Shown: piece after piece, positions 1-11,607 of the stretch
How the letters are laid out: each line of letters begins with the position of its first letter
How positions within the stretch are numbered: position 1 is the stretch's first letter
Source: Eukaryota sp. GEM-RC1
Taxonomy: Eukaryota
DNA: 64,000 nucleotides
Direction: 5' to 3'
Assembly (NCBI GenBank): GCA_040285855.1
Contig: JAUFOQ010000005.1
Location: 1,240,001 to 1,304,000 of the forward strand
Program-made: the position numbers and the translations under genes
The notes under the pieces: model-generated
Databases searched by the model: none
Told to the model about the DNA's origin: nothing
Seen by the model: only the letters and a program-made list of their open reading frames with translations

Positions 1-131
1 GTGAGAAATTGCTGACCGAAGCAATCAAACGTTCCATAAAGAGAAATAGCAAAAGGATTGTGTCGACGAGAATTCATCTTTCAAATTAATTCGCCATAAC
101 GATTTAATTATTTCCTTTCAGCAGTTTCAAG

Positions 132-457
132 CAGTGAACGCTGACACGTTCAAAAATCGAATCTAACACGTGTTAACACGTGTTAACACGCGTGTTACGT
201 GTTTGCGTTACCAGAATTTCTTCTTTTTAACGATAAATAGCTCGTTTCTTCTACACATTTATCCCTACGATACTCTACATCCCTGTAGAAGACTTCTCAA
301 ATGGCGACTTTCATTCTTTTTGCAGCAAAATGCATTTTCACATCATTAAGACCGAAAAAAGTAACCGTAATTTGCGTGTTAGAAATCAGCCAAAAGTCCT
401 AACACGTGTTAACACGCGTGTTACGTGTCAGGACGTGTTACGTGTCAGCGTTCACTG
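132..457. mobile_element. Non-autonomous hAT-type element (MITE)
   Basis: TIR CAGTGAACGCTGACACG / CGTGTCAGCGTTCACTG; 8-bp TSD GTTTCAAG (124-131) vs ATTTCAAG (458-465); ACACG(C)GT subterminal repeats. Confidence 0.85.
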
Positions 458-651
458 ATTTCAAGAGCTGAATAGTTTTCGTCTAAAATTTTGTTAACAG
501 ACATTGAGTTACAAATCTACTAGTATGTTACTGTCTCTATAAAGGTGCATGTACTTACCAACACTGAATTGTAGTGCAAACCCTTGACAGGTCTACAGAA
601 ATCACACGTAATAGAAGATTTATTGATAATTCCACTTTATAAGAATATACA

Positions 652-1918
652 TTAAGGAGAACTGCCGATCTGATTGATCACTACAAAATCACCATTCACT
701 AATTTGCCTACAGTCCAGAAACGACCTGCTCCTTCAGTAGGGACTTTAACAATCTCCACAAGTCCATGTGAGTCATAGATAGCAACTTCAGCTCCACAGT
801 CAACCATGGACTTTTCATTAGAGTAATTGTGAACATAAAGCTTAAAAGTTCCTGTAGTTCCATCACCATGGATTTTAATAGTTTCAGGTCCATACCCTTG
901 TTGTCTATCAATGTCGAGGATTGCAGCATGCTTTCCTCCACATTGTCTGGTGCTGTAGTAGACGTGACAGTTATCCGGATTCACTAAATGAAGGTCAAGA
1001 TCTCTTGGTTGTGCACGCCAATTCAAAACAAATCGGAATTCATTACCTTTCAACTTCTTTGATAAAGTAATATCAGCAACGGTTCCTTTGGGAATATCAT
1101 GATCAACTGTTAATGAACGAGTAGCCGTAAAGTAATCTTTGTGAGTAGCAGTGATCGTGTACTCACCGGGAGGTAAGATGGTCAAGATATAGACTCCATG
1201 AGGATCTACATGTGTAGTCTTTCCTTTTGGACCTGAAATGGAAACAGAAGCTCCCTCAATAGGTCCGGCAGTAGTTGCGTCAATGACATATCCACTAACT
1301 GAATGTGTAACAGGGGGGTGTGGGTGGGGGACAGTGATAGTCATCTACTTTAAAGAGGTGAGAATCTCTTTCAAAGAAGGTGGGCGTCATATCATCAATA
1401 TCCATAGTCAAGTCCATCATACCGGTTTCAAGGACCGTTCTAAGAACTTGTGCAAAGGACGTTCATCGTGAACCACTCTTTTAATCCACCACTTGAAACC
1501 CATTCCGTAACCCATTTTGAACTCCCAGACTTCACAGTCTTCACCACGCAGAGTTTCTTGACCAGTGTAATAAGTAAGAGGAGGAAGAGCTGTGGGATAG
1601 ATTTCGTCAGTGAGTTCCTCTGTTTCACAACTATGGTAAGCGAATAACCAAACGGACACACCTGAGTTGACCAAACTGCTTCTGAATCATGTAGGAAGTT
1701 TTGGCAACATAGTCGTCGATTTGGATACCTTCAACACCAAATTGCTTGAACTCTGAGCGGGTTCTCATGTTGGGGTAATCAAAGTAGTATTTTCCCTTCT
1801 GTTTACCGATAAATGGGATCTCAATAGTGACCATTCCAGTCCAACTATCTGGCACATCGGGGAAAGGAGGAGCTGCAAAACAAATGGCAACAACGAAAAA
1901 CACCAAGAACAGTTTCAT
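652..1918 (-). CDS. Secreted protein: signal peptide, ependymin-like N-terminal region, carboxypeptidase-regulatory-like beta-sandwich, YfaP/DUF2135-like C-terminal domain
   Basis: ORFs 1631-1918, 1417-1674 and 652-1344 join via a 31-nt intron (1631-1661) and two homopolymer frameshifts (~1455, ~1315); motifs MKLFLVFFVVAICFA, VSGYVIDATTAGPIEGASV, DLDLHLVNP, DIDRQQGYGPETI. Confidence 0.7.
1631..1661 (-). other. 31-nt spliceosomal intron
   Basis: GTGTGT...CTTACCATAG; removal gives in-frame QFGQLSCETEEL. Confidence 0.8.
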
Positions 1919-1959
1919 ATGGGGGTGATTTTCGGCTTTATCAACTGATCTAGATTTTA

Positions 1960-2858
1960 TAGCACTGGGCGTTCAGATCAGATTTCATTTCAGATTTCGG
2001 ATCGGATTCAGATCCAGTTTTGCTATTTTGTTCGGATTCGGATCGAAGTCAGATATCCGTTATCTGAAACCAATTGTGGTGTATACAACTTTTGTAGACT
2101 GTTACTGTTTTAATTATACAATGATCTTTATACTGTGTTCATTTGTATAAAGATCCTAACCTAATACATGTTCTGTCGTTTGTACTGCGGATTTTGTTGG
2201 GTACAATCACATTCAATGTAACATGGATAGTATTTAACTGTACAACTTTGAAGATTGTTGCCAAGTGATTTGATTTATACAGATTCCTTAAGCTATATCA
2301 TAATCAAGAATACAACACTTTGACTAAGACTATAAGAATAAACTGAAAACAGAGCCAGATTTCATTCATTAAACAAGATACAATGATTCAGATGTTAAGT
2401 GATATAAAGAATATGATATTGGTGTTCTCATATAGTCAAGAAAGGGCTAATAATAAGGCTGTTAAAAGATATCAGGTCACAGGTCAGGTCAAAGTCTTGA
2501 CACCATCTTGACCTGACCTTTGACCCGAGACAAGGTATCTTGACCTGACCTTTGACCCGAGACAAGGTATCTTGTCCTGACCTTTGACCCGAGACAAGGT
2601 ATCTTGTCCTGACCCGAGACATGACCTGACCCGAGTTCCGATGATCTTATCTTAACTTTTTAACAGCCTTAGCTAAGAAGATTCTGCTTGTTCGGATTTC
2701 AGATCGGATTCAGATTAGAGTTGTTCGGATCGGATCGGATTCAGATTAGAGTAGTTCGGATCGGATCAGATTCGGATCAAGGGTAGTTCGGATCGGATCA
2801 GATTCAGATACAAGAAATTCAGATAGGATCGGATCGGATATCTGAACGCCCAGTGCTA
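1960..2858. mobile_element. Non-autonomous hAT-type element hosting a nested MITE
   Basis: TIR TAGCACTGGGCGTTCAGAT / ATCTGAACGCCCAGTGCTA; TSD AGATTTTA vs AGATTTTT; CGGAT/CAGAT subterminal repeats. Confidence 0.85.
2454..2671. mobile_element. Nested hAT-type MITE with a 32-bp tandem repeat
   Basis: TIR TAAGGCTGTTAAAA / TTTTAACAGCCTTA; TSD GCTAATAA vs GCTAAGAA; ~3 copies of ATCTTG(A/T)CCTGACCTTTGACCCGAGACAAGGT at ~2505-2610. Confidence 0.85.
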
Positions 2859-3262
2859 AGATTTTTTGTTTCAAAACATTCAATTGAATATATATACTAG
2901 TACGTATATACAATGTATTGTAGTATTTTTTGAAAAAGTGTTTTTTTATCAGTCCTAAATTCCCTTTAATTGATGAAAATGACTGAAATGAAATACATGA
3001 GCAAAATACTCCTAAGATAAGCTCCTAGGGCTCGTTAAATCGTGTGTGGTGATATCGAAATACAGTGCAGAGTGTTTGGATCATGGAATAGATCTCTCCT
3101 CATAAGAAAGTAATTCTTTTGGATTTTTGCTATATTTCTGAATATCTGAACCTTTATAAAGGCAGAAAATACCAACAATTTTTTCGAAACATACTAAACT
3201 GTGATTGAGATGAGTACTTTACTCACAGACCAAAATAACACCAAAACTTTACGTGTTGCAAT

Positions 3263-4966
3263 CATACCTAGGAAATACAGATTAGAGTTGCAGTCGACTC
3301 GACTCGACTCGACTCAGCAGACTCAATGTCAATTCTTTTAGTTCATCGTTCGTCAACAATTTACTGATCAAGTACATATAGAATGTTTGTTAAACAAACA
3401 CCAAGTGATGTGACTTTACTCTTGAATATAAAGATGGATTTACAACCTATATGGTACGAACTTTCCTGACGTTTGAAGTCGATTATGTCTACAAAGAAGT
3501 GTATAACGAAAGTAGAAATTACCTGATTTTCTTCTAAAGAAAAAAACACCAAACTTTTATTGTAAACACCAAACTTTTATTGTGGAGAGGTGAAAATGAA
3601 ATTGAAAATAACTCTTCTGGTTACTACAGTACTTATAGATCATAAAGGTAACTCAAAGCCATTAGCAGCCCAAAACCTAACACTCAAGAGAGCTCGTACA
3701 TTTTTGGGGTGGAGATGTAATCATAAGAAGATGGAAAAGTTGGTAATGTAATGTATAATGTAACTTCTACATTAGTTGTGTTTTATTCCTTATTTTGTGT
3801 TTTATTGTGGTGGGTTTTTTCGGCATATAAAGCCGTTTCAACTTCCACCATAACTCTCTTCAACAAGGTTTTTGCATAGTTAATAGGTTATACGATGCCT
3901 TATGATCTTCACTTTATGTCGTTAAAAACAAATAAAAACAAAAATTGGGACATCGCCTTGAGTGCAGACTTAGCGTACTCGACCCGACTCGGAAAAATCT
4001 TGAGTACGCTCGGACTCGACTCACAGAATTGTGAGTACGCTGAGTCGAGTCGATCGGCAACTCTAAGACAGATACACTGTATCCTGTATTTGTATCTATA
4101 TCCTAACATTGATTTGTATCGTATATTCTGTATCTTGTGTATCTTGTGTATTTTCTTACAAACCCTTCAATTGAAACTGACAATGACTCCCACCAGTCTA
4201 CTGCATTAATAAACAGTGTCCACAAACTTGCTTCAAGGATCAAAAGTCATCAAATGTATATCCAATTCGAAATTGTTAGATGATCACAGACAACAGCATT
4301 TGTTCTTTCCTTATTCCTCATTGTACTAGTGTGTATGCTCTTTTCAATCATCTCTCTGATGTTAAATCAACATCTCCTTTCGGTGTATAGAATAATATCT
4401 TAAAGAAGGAGAGAAACCTCATTATTAAGGGAAAAGAAGTTTTTCGACTAACAGTCACACTGATAATAATTGAGTTTTGAAGTAATTTACATCCTTAGAC
4501 ATTAACTGACATCAAAATAGATGTATCTGTGAGACCTTTGGGTGCAACGGGAAAAGAAATGATTATTATAAATAAAATATAAGGACTCAACATATGTTTA
4601 ACTAATCGAGAGAAATAGAAAGCATATTCCTGTAAATGGAAAACACTCTAAGGTTTTTTCATTCAGCCATTCTACACTTACGCTTCTTTTCTTTACACAG
4701 CTCTTCGAAATCCTTGAAAAAATGATCATCAAAAGGTTGAAACATAAATTTGGAATACATGGGATACAATATATATTTAACTGTGTTTATGATACAAACT
4801 TGTCTGACAACAATCAGAAGTACAATACCAAGTCGACAGTCGAATCTTGTGTCTAGTGATGTCTTTGTATCTGTATCTGTATTTTTGTATCTGTATTCGG
4901 TATTTGTATCTGTATTCTGTATCTGTATCTCTGTTTGGAAATGTTTTCGTGTATTTCCTAGATATG
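3263..4966. mobile_element. Non-autonomous hAT-type element (outer)
   Basis: TIR CATACCTAGGAAATAC / GTATTTCCTAGATATG; TSD GTTGCAAT vs GTTGAAAT; TGTATC subterminal repeats at ~4070-4150 and ~4865-4930. Confidence 0.75.
3283..4065 (-). mobile_element. Internally deleted hAT element nested at the left end of 3263-4966
   Basis: TIR TAGAGTTGC / GCAACTCTA; TSD ATACAGAT vs AGACAGAT; GACTC repeats; minus-strand ~3640-3702 reads NVRALLSVRFWAANGFELPL*, similar to the C-terminus of the transposase at 12944-13633. Confidence 0.8.
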
Positions 4967-6142
4967 GTTGAAATACTCCATTTCGGTGTTAAGGATTTTG
5001 GCAGCGTCTCAACACGTGTTTGTGTAAACACGTGTCTGCTCACTCTGGAATGAAGGACATGGAGATGTTTCAACTGGTAACTCTTTTTGTTTTTTGCCTA
5101 GTCACGGTTCCGTAGCGTTATCTGTTCAATTTGTCACCAAATTTGTGTCTGTCAAAGTTATGATTAATTGATTAATTAAACTTCTTAAGCATCTGTTGAG
5201 TCAGGAATTTACCCGTACGTACAAGTAACTAAACAATCTGTCAAATCAACATAAGAAATTTGTTGTTGAAAATTCTTCACTTATTAATGAGATTGTTTGA
5301 TTGTCAATCATCACCGTTTTTACCTTCGACTCCACATTCAATATAAAAATGACTCGCTATTCTCTATGCAAAAGCCATTTGGAAGCTCAACTTTGGTTGA
5401 ATTGCAACAACAGACTGCGGGGTGTTGTAACAGTTCGTAATGTTGTATTCTCAATTGGTCACAAAAAGATGAACTTGAACCAAATTGATGAATCTAAACA
5501 AATGTTGAAATTTTACACTGAATGTATTGTATATATTATAAATTAACTGAAATCTACATTGGACTTGAAGTGTAAGTTTGTTTAACTTAATAATTCATAA
5601 GTAAAGCTTAATAAATCGTATCTGTTTGAAAGTTTCAACTAAATTGCACTTTGACCCATATATTGGTCGATAACCAATATCGAGTAGAAGGGCAAAAACC
5701 AACACATGTACCGTTATATTACAAACCAATATTCCAGATCCCTGCCTTGATTGTTCTAAACGCAATGCTCGGCGATTTGTCCGACATTTTACTCCAAAAC
5801 TGAAGATGGGAACATAATCTTTGAAAATGATCTTGTTAATCCCTTAAGATATTGATCACCTTGTTGCTGAACTTCAGGATGAGGATCTTGACATTCTTGA
5901 AGATGAACCAAAAGTTCATATTGTTGTGAATCCCTACCTTATTGAAGAGTTGTAGTTCTTGTGTCATCAATAAACAGTATTTTATAATATAAAATAGGAG
6001 CGGGTTAACAGAAAAGAATATCAAAAAGAAGATTGTGTGGGAAATACAAAAGTGTAGAAGGTGCATTTGGCCGAAGTCTCATGAATATATTTTGTATTTA
6101 TTCTGATAAATAACTTTAGAATATTTCCTTTATAATACAAAT

Positions 6143-6826
6143 TTAAATATTTTCAATTCGTCCCGGTATGAATAAAACACTAGGAGGAACCACCTTGACG
6201 ACCTTATCTAACGACTCCTCTTCGTCATCACTATTTTCTTCCTTTACATCTTCAACTTCAGCGGCAGTTAGTACATAAGAACCGTGTTGACGGTATCCTA
6301 GTTTCACAAACTCAAAGAATCCCTCTCCAAAAGGCTGCCCTTTCTTAAAGGAACCCTTCCAAAAAAAGTCGTCAGATATCCAGCGTTCACCTTCTACAAT
6401 AAACCCATCTTCCCATTGACCTCGTAGTATTTCAGAAGTGAGAGCAAAACGATATTCTCCCTTCCCTTGTCGAGCTCCATTGGCGAACTCTCCAGTATAA
6501 GAATCTCCGGAGACGTAAGTCATAGTACCTTGACCGTGGGGAGTACCATTGTTGAATTCGCCGTCATAACTGCTTCCATCGGGGAAAGTGAGTTTTCCTA
6601 GACCATTTCGAACACCGTCTTGATAGTTGCCTTCATAATAATAGGAGTGTGTAGGATGAGACCAAATGTATTTGCCTTGGCCGGATTTAAGTCCGTTTAT
6701 ATAGTTACCCTTGTAAGAATCTCCAGTAGAATAAGTACACTCACCGTATCCATGACGATGTCCAGACTCGTTTCTGGAACCTTCATAAGTACCGACATCA
6801 ATTGCTTCAGTTTCAGAGTCACTCAT
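6143..6826 (-). CDS. RSPH1: MORN-repeat protein, radial spoke head 1-like
   Basis: Likely start MSDSETEAIDVGTYEGSRNESGHRHGYG; about six MORN repeats (YxGxxxxGxxxGxG); acidic tail. Confidence 0.75.
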   Translation of the reverse strand: MSDSETEAIDVGTYEGSRNESGHRHGYGECTYSTGDSYKGNYINGLKSGQGKYIWSHPTHSYYYEGNYQDGVRNGLGKLTFPDGSSYDGEFNNGTPHGQGTMTYVSGDSYTGEFANGARQGKGEYRFALTSEILRGQWEDGFIVEGERWISDDFFWKGSFKKGQPFGEGFFEFVKLGYRQHGSYVLTAAEVEDVKEENSDDEEESLDKVVKVVPPSVLFIPGRIENI

Positions 6827-6896
6827 AAGAAAAGTAAGTAGTTTGACAGTTTTAAGAGGGAAAAACTTTGAGGTTACAAAACCAAAATTTTCCATC

Positions 6897-9104
6897 ATGG
6901 CTTCATCCTTCTCTGGCATCATAGAAACCATCGAGAATTGTGATCTGGACACATTTCTGTCCAACAGGACAAAAGCCCTTGCTGCACATACTCATCTTGG
7001 TGCGCATGATGTCATCGTTGTCCAAAAGACTTATGTGAGGTCGGGATTGCTTCATGGCATCCTCGGTGATTCTCCCAGTTCTGTATATTGGCACACGTGC
7101 ATCGGACTTGAGATTGATCCTTCTTTCATTTGTTCTCATATCCATTCTCTGCTCAAATCACAAGAACCTGCACCCATCACCTACAGAGGTGAATATAAGA
7201 TCAACAAAGTAGTAATGGCCACCTACGATCCGATTTCTCGATCCGATCTACGTGTTGCTGTCCAAGTTCCTGGATCAACTGCTCTCTCCGCTGTCCAAGT
7301 GGATTCCCTGGAGTCATCCGATCCCACCGATGAACAATGGAGAAATGCAGCACTAGCTTCATTCTGCAGGTACTCTCTGCCTCTGAACCTTCCCTCAACT
7401 CATGTTCTCTACTACAACTACAAATACGAGGCAAACATAATCAATGATCTCAAGTCCTCAATGCGAACACTACAAAAGATTGGTATATGGCGAAACAACA
7501 AGATCATCGACTCCAACCACCCGGTTCTCATTTCTCTTTTCACATACTTCTCCACCTCCTCAAAGTACAAAACAGGAAGTGATCTCTTCTACCACGTTTC
7601 CTTTGAATGTCCAGCTGCTCTAATCTTTTGGCTAAAGTTCCAAGTGATGGTGGACAAGTTCGTTGAAGGGCTCTCTTTCACTCGTAATGCTATCCAAAAC
7701 ATTGGAGAAGATGGCCCCGCCCTCCCCTATCTCTGGGCATCCTTTGCTAATGTATTATTCGATTATTACCAGGGTTTGGTGTCAGCTGGTAAACGTGATA
7801 ATTCTTCTGAAGTCAAGGAGAAGTCATCAGAAGTCTTGAAGGAGTGTTTGCAGTGGGCTAATGATGGGTTTGTTCATTCTCAGTCTTTGTATTGCACCTT
7901 AGCATTAGCACAGCCACTCGCTGCTTTAGGAAAGTTCTCAACATCGCTGACGTTACTCAATCAATCAGATGAAGTGAGCTCTGTCGATAATCTTTTGTTC
8001 ATGAATGATGCACCTTTTTCTCAATTAGTTTTGTACAAATCTGATGATGAGTCATCATTCACTTCTCCTGCCACACTTCTTCCCTTCCTTTCAATTGCTC
8101 TGGATTGGGTAGAGGAAGTAGAGAGTCAGACTGAAGACGTTTCTGATTCTTTGGACGGATTTAAAAAATCAGTTTATGATTTCTTTATTAAAGTCGTGCA
8201 TTTGATTGGATATCCTGCTTTTGAAATGACGGTTTCTACAGTCTTCCCTGATTTTGTTAAACAAACGGAGCAAGAATCACCTGCTGAAGAAGAGGAAAAG
8301 GAAGAGGAAAAGGCTACAGATGAGGGTGAAGAAGAAAAGGAAATGAAGGAAGAAGACGAAGATGTTGGTGAAGATGCGGAAACGGAAGGAGAGACTCCCA
8401 TATCACGTCATAAGCTATTAAGTGACGATGACGTTTGTGAAATCATATCCAAGCTTCACATTGAAGATTCAACTGAAGTATCCCGACCTTCAGATCTTCT
8501 ATCACTCGTACTCCACTCAATCTTTTTTGATATCAAGATCTACAACGATTGGAGACTCGAAGAAGGTCAACGTAAACACGACCTCGACAGATCTTCATCC
8601 CGACGCAACTCCACTTCTGACAGTGTTGGTTCTCTATCATCAGTTTCCTCAAAGAACGCCTTGTCTTTACTCCCTGATACTGTCTCCTTCAATCTCTGGA
8701 TGAAGAGGGGCGTTGTGTCCACGAGATTATTGTATTTTAATGAGGCGGTGTATGCTTTCCGAACTGCTACTGGTCTGTGTTTCTCTTTGAAAGCCTGGGT
8801 TAGTCTTGCAGACATCTTTGCTCGAACAGGGATGCTCAAGGAGACTTTGATTTGCTTGAATGTTGTTGTGAAGAAGTATTTCAGAATCATGGATGATTAC
8901 TCAGCATCTGACATTGTTCAAATGGTTGGCTGTATTCCTAACTCTGTTAAGCGGCCCTTCTACCGGTGTGTAGCTCGTGTTGGGTTGCAGGAGGTGTTTG
9001 ATGAGATGCTGACCATTAGTGATTTGTCACCTCTTTTGGATATCTTTGTCATGAATCTGTTCGAAATAAGACTTTTAATTTTGATTTGTAGATATATTAT
9101 ATAA
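6897..9104 (+). CDS. ChAPs (Chs5-Arf1-binding, Bch1/Bud7-like exomer adaptor) family TPR protein
   Basis: ATG at 6897 (MASSFSGIIETIE); HLGAHDVIVVQK and YDPISRSDLRV resemble ChAPs LGPPDL and YNAFxxxDxRV motifs; C-terminal TPR-like helices. Confidence 0.65.
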   Translation: MASSFSGIIETIENCDLDTFLSNRTKALAAHTHLGAHDVIVVQKTYVRSGLLHGILGDSPSSVYWHTCIGLEIDPSFICSHIHSLLKSQEPAPITYRGEYKINKVVMATYDPISRSDLRVAVQVPGSTALSAVQVDSLESSDPTDEQWRNAALASFCRYSLPLNLPSTHVLYYNYKYEANIINDLKSSMRTLQKIGIWRNNKIIDSNHPVLISLFTYFSTSSKYKTGSDLFYHVSFECPAALIFWLKFQVMVDKFVEGLSFTRNAIQNIGEDGPALPYLWASFANVLFDYYQGLVSAGKRDNSSEVKEKSSEVLKECLQWANDGFVHSQSLYCTLALAQPLAALGKFSTSLTLLNQSDEVSSVDNLLFMNDAPFSQLVLYKSDDESSFTSPATLLPFLSIALDWVEEVESQTEDVSDSLDGFKKSVYDFFIKVVHLIGYPAFEMTVSTVFPDFVKQTEQESPAEEEEKEEEKATDEGEEEKEMKEEDEDVGEDAETEGETPISRHKLLSDDDVCEIISKLHIEDSTEVSRPSDLLSLVLHSIFFDIKIYNDWRLEEGQRKHDLDRSSSRRNSTSDSVGSLSSVSSKNALSLLPDTVSFNLWMKRGVVSTRLLYFNEAVYAFRTATGLCFSLKAWVSLADIFARTGMLKETLICLNVVVKKYFRIMDDYSASDIVQMVGCIPNSVKRPFYRCVARVGLQEVFDEMLTISDLSPLLDIFVMNLFEIRLLILICRYII

Positions 9105-9361
9105 ATTCTTATTCTGTATTTGAATGTGGAATCTTTGTTGAGTTTAGTTTCTAGTTCTGTCATTAAAACAGTGTAGTTTCGAGTTGGGATTCAGAGGTTA
9201 TATATTTTCATTCGCTTTAGGGGAAGTATTCATAAACAACTTTCTAATCAATTCGTAGTAGATACTACAAAGTTTAAGTAGTACAAACACTAATCATTTC
9301 ACTGACATCATTTTCGAAGTTTGAAAGATTTCAATATAAAATTGGTATTTTCCCTGCCCTC

Positions 9362-10330
9362 ATGTCTACCTTTAAGATTGCACAATTGTCAGACCTCCAT
9401 TTCTTTTCTGCTAAAGATGTTGGTGTAATGGACTTCTTTACCAAACGAGCTTTCTCCCTTCTCAATGGAAAAATGTCTTCCAACCGTGTTTTTGATGTTT
9501 CTGCAGTTCCCACAATGCTTCAGGACGCCTACAATAACTCTGTCAACACTGTTCTCATCACTGGTGACTCCACTTGTCTTGGAACTCCCGAAGAATTCTC
9601 TCTCTGCAAAGAAGCTCTTCTCCAATCTCCTTTCTACGTTGACGACTCCCCCCAACCAACAATAGCTGACAACCCTTATCCTATTTCTACAAACAATCAA
9701 ATCTTTGTCACCTTGGGAAACCACGACGACCTTGTTCCCTCCAAGAAACAAAACTACCAAGTCCTCCGCCCATTCATTCCACGAGAGTTCCCCCGTGTCT
9801 TCTCCACTCCACACATTGACATACTCAACCTCAACTCAGCTTTTGGTCAGATTCTACCAATGTCTGCCAAGGGAAAGGTGGATATTACCCAACGTAACAC
9901 TGCTCGTACCCTCCTCAATAACCGGTCTTCTGTGAATCCTCTTTTTACAATGTTACATCACTCTCCCACTCGTAGAACTCTTCCCACCCACGCTCTGTTA
10001 GAAGAAGAAGCTTTTGAACGCTTCATTGGTGGTAATGATGAAGCTGGTAACTTCCTAAGCAACTCTCACGTGTCTGATTACGTTCTTCACGGTCACACCC
10101 ACGTGCCTTCAGTTCAATGTCCATTCACTTCTTGTAATTCCATGGTTGTTGATTGTGGTAGCTCTACTCAAACCTTTAGATCTTCAGGACCTTCCTATTT
10201 TACTTATGAGTTTCTTAAAGAAGGAGATGAGTCAAAGCTTTTACAGATTGTTCAGCGGTCCTTTTCGAAAGAGGAAGTGGTGGAAACTGTTTGGTGGTCT
10301 GTTAATGATCCAAGTCCGAGTAATCAGTGA
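9362..10330 (+). CDS. Calcineurin-like metallophosphoesterase (Icc/CpdA-like)
   Basis: Motifs LSDLH, ITGD, LGNHD, MLHH, LHGHTH in canonical order. Confidence 0.85.
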   Translation: MSTFKIAQLSDLHFFSAKDVGVMDFFTKRAFSLLNGKMSSNRVFDVSAVPTMLQDAYNNSVNTVLITGDSTCLGTPEEFSLCKEALLQSPFYVDDSPQPTIADNPYPISTNNQIFVTLGNHDDLVPSKKQNYQVLRPFIPREFPRVFSTPHIDILNLNSAFGQILPMSAKGKVDITQRNTARTLLNNRSSVNPLFTMLHHSPTRRTLPTHALLEEEAFERFIGGNDEAGNFLSNSHVSDYVLHGHTHVPSVQCPFTSCNSMVVDCGSSTQTFRSSGPSYFTYEFLKEGDESKLLQIVQRSFSKEEVVETVWWSVNDPSPSNQ

Positions 10331-10949
10331 TCTCTTCTTGATTGGATTTTGATGACGTGATTTATCTGCATTTTAGCTTATTGTTTTGGATTCGGAATAT
10401 TCGTTGATTTTCAATCGGGGAATACCAATCAATTTTTGGAAATTGAAGTGATGTACCTGATCTTTCGTGATTGTGATTGACTGTCATCACTGCAGACATT
10501 CCTTTTCAGTCAAATTGATTGAGACTTATTTGGATTCAAGAGAGATGTCAGTTCTTTTAAAGAATGTCTTTATCTAGTATGTAGAGTGACTTGTTTTTGA
10601 TTTGACTATACCCCTGTAATCAAAATCAAAATCATTCCAACTTATCTTTGGAAAAACTGTTGGTATTGTCGATTGAAAGGTGGTTTGGTATTTTGATATA
10701 CTGTTATTAGAACACTTTATTCTTTATTGTTTGTCTATAAATACAGCAGCGTTTTATTCAAATAGAATTAATGCAAAAGTATTTTCATCACACTATTGTG
10801 GAACTGTCAATTTTGTTTTAAAATCTACTTTCAATACAATTTAAGAAGGATAGCATTGTGTTTATCATAGAGAAAATCTGTTTCAATTTGGTGATTTAAA
10901 AAACTGTTATAGATGAAGGGGACAGAAATAAAGATCAGACATGGAAAAT

Positions 10950-11400
10950 TCCTAACCAACACTACCACAGTTCTTAGATAACTTCGTGATGACTGATTTA
11001 ACAAATTGTTACATATATCAAAACAGAGAAAAAAATCAAACGGTTATGCCAAATTGATAAGTTAAATCTCTTATTCTGAGACTTACACATTGATCCAAAG
11101 TCAGTTAAAAACTTAGAAGCAATCTCACCAATACTACCATAAATAGAAATAGCAAATGGAACAAATATATATTTTGAATATAGATTTCGATTGAAATTAG
11201 CAACATCACTGGAATACAAATCAATTTTACGTTCGTCGAGTGTTTCTATGTGGTTAAAACCAACAACGGTGTCATGTTTGCGGTTCATCAATACCCGCTT
11301 AGCTAATCATCTTAGGAATGACCTCATCAGTTACAAGGCCAGGTCTTTGATGTTTAAAAGCTGTTGACGGACCAGTACATACTTCTACGAAAGGTTAGAT
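10950..11400 (-). mobile_element. Degraded 3' fragment of an RLE-type non-LTR retrotransposon; boundaries approximate
   Basis: ERKIDLY...FVPFAISIYGSIGEIASKFLTDFG...WHNRLIF is homologous to 48109-48369. Confidence 0.6.
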
Positions 11401-11607
11401 ATGTATCATTGAAATCGAAGAAATCGATTTCGATCAGAAATCCGTAAATTATTGTGAATAGATAGAATAGATAGAATTACCAGTGTTGTTGTAGGACAAA
11501 AAATCTAGAGTTGTAGTGGATGTACTCGACAGACCATCTACAATGAAGTACTGTACATCCTGCTTAATAGAGCAATTCTAATAGTAAAAGGAAACGATAC
11601 TCTGATG

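Noticed and set aside
2505..2630. 32-bp direct repeats as a CRISPR array
   Set aside because: Units are contiguous with no spacers, lie inside a MITE, and the context is eukaryotic.
3895..5073. Short ORFs rich in Tyr/Leu/Arg
   Set aside because: Translations of subterminal repeats of non-coding elements.
6827..6964. Apparent overlap of the long ORFs 6143-6964 and 6843-9104
   Set aside because: Arises from non-ATG or upstream starts in the ORF track; homology supports ATGs at 6826 and 6897.
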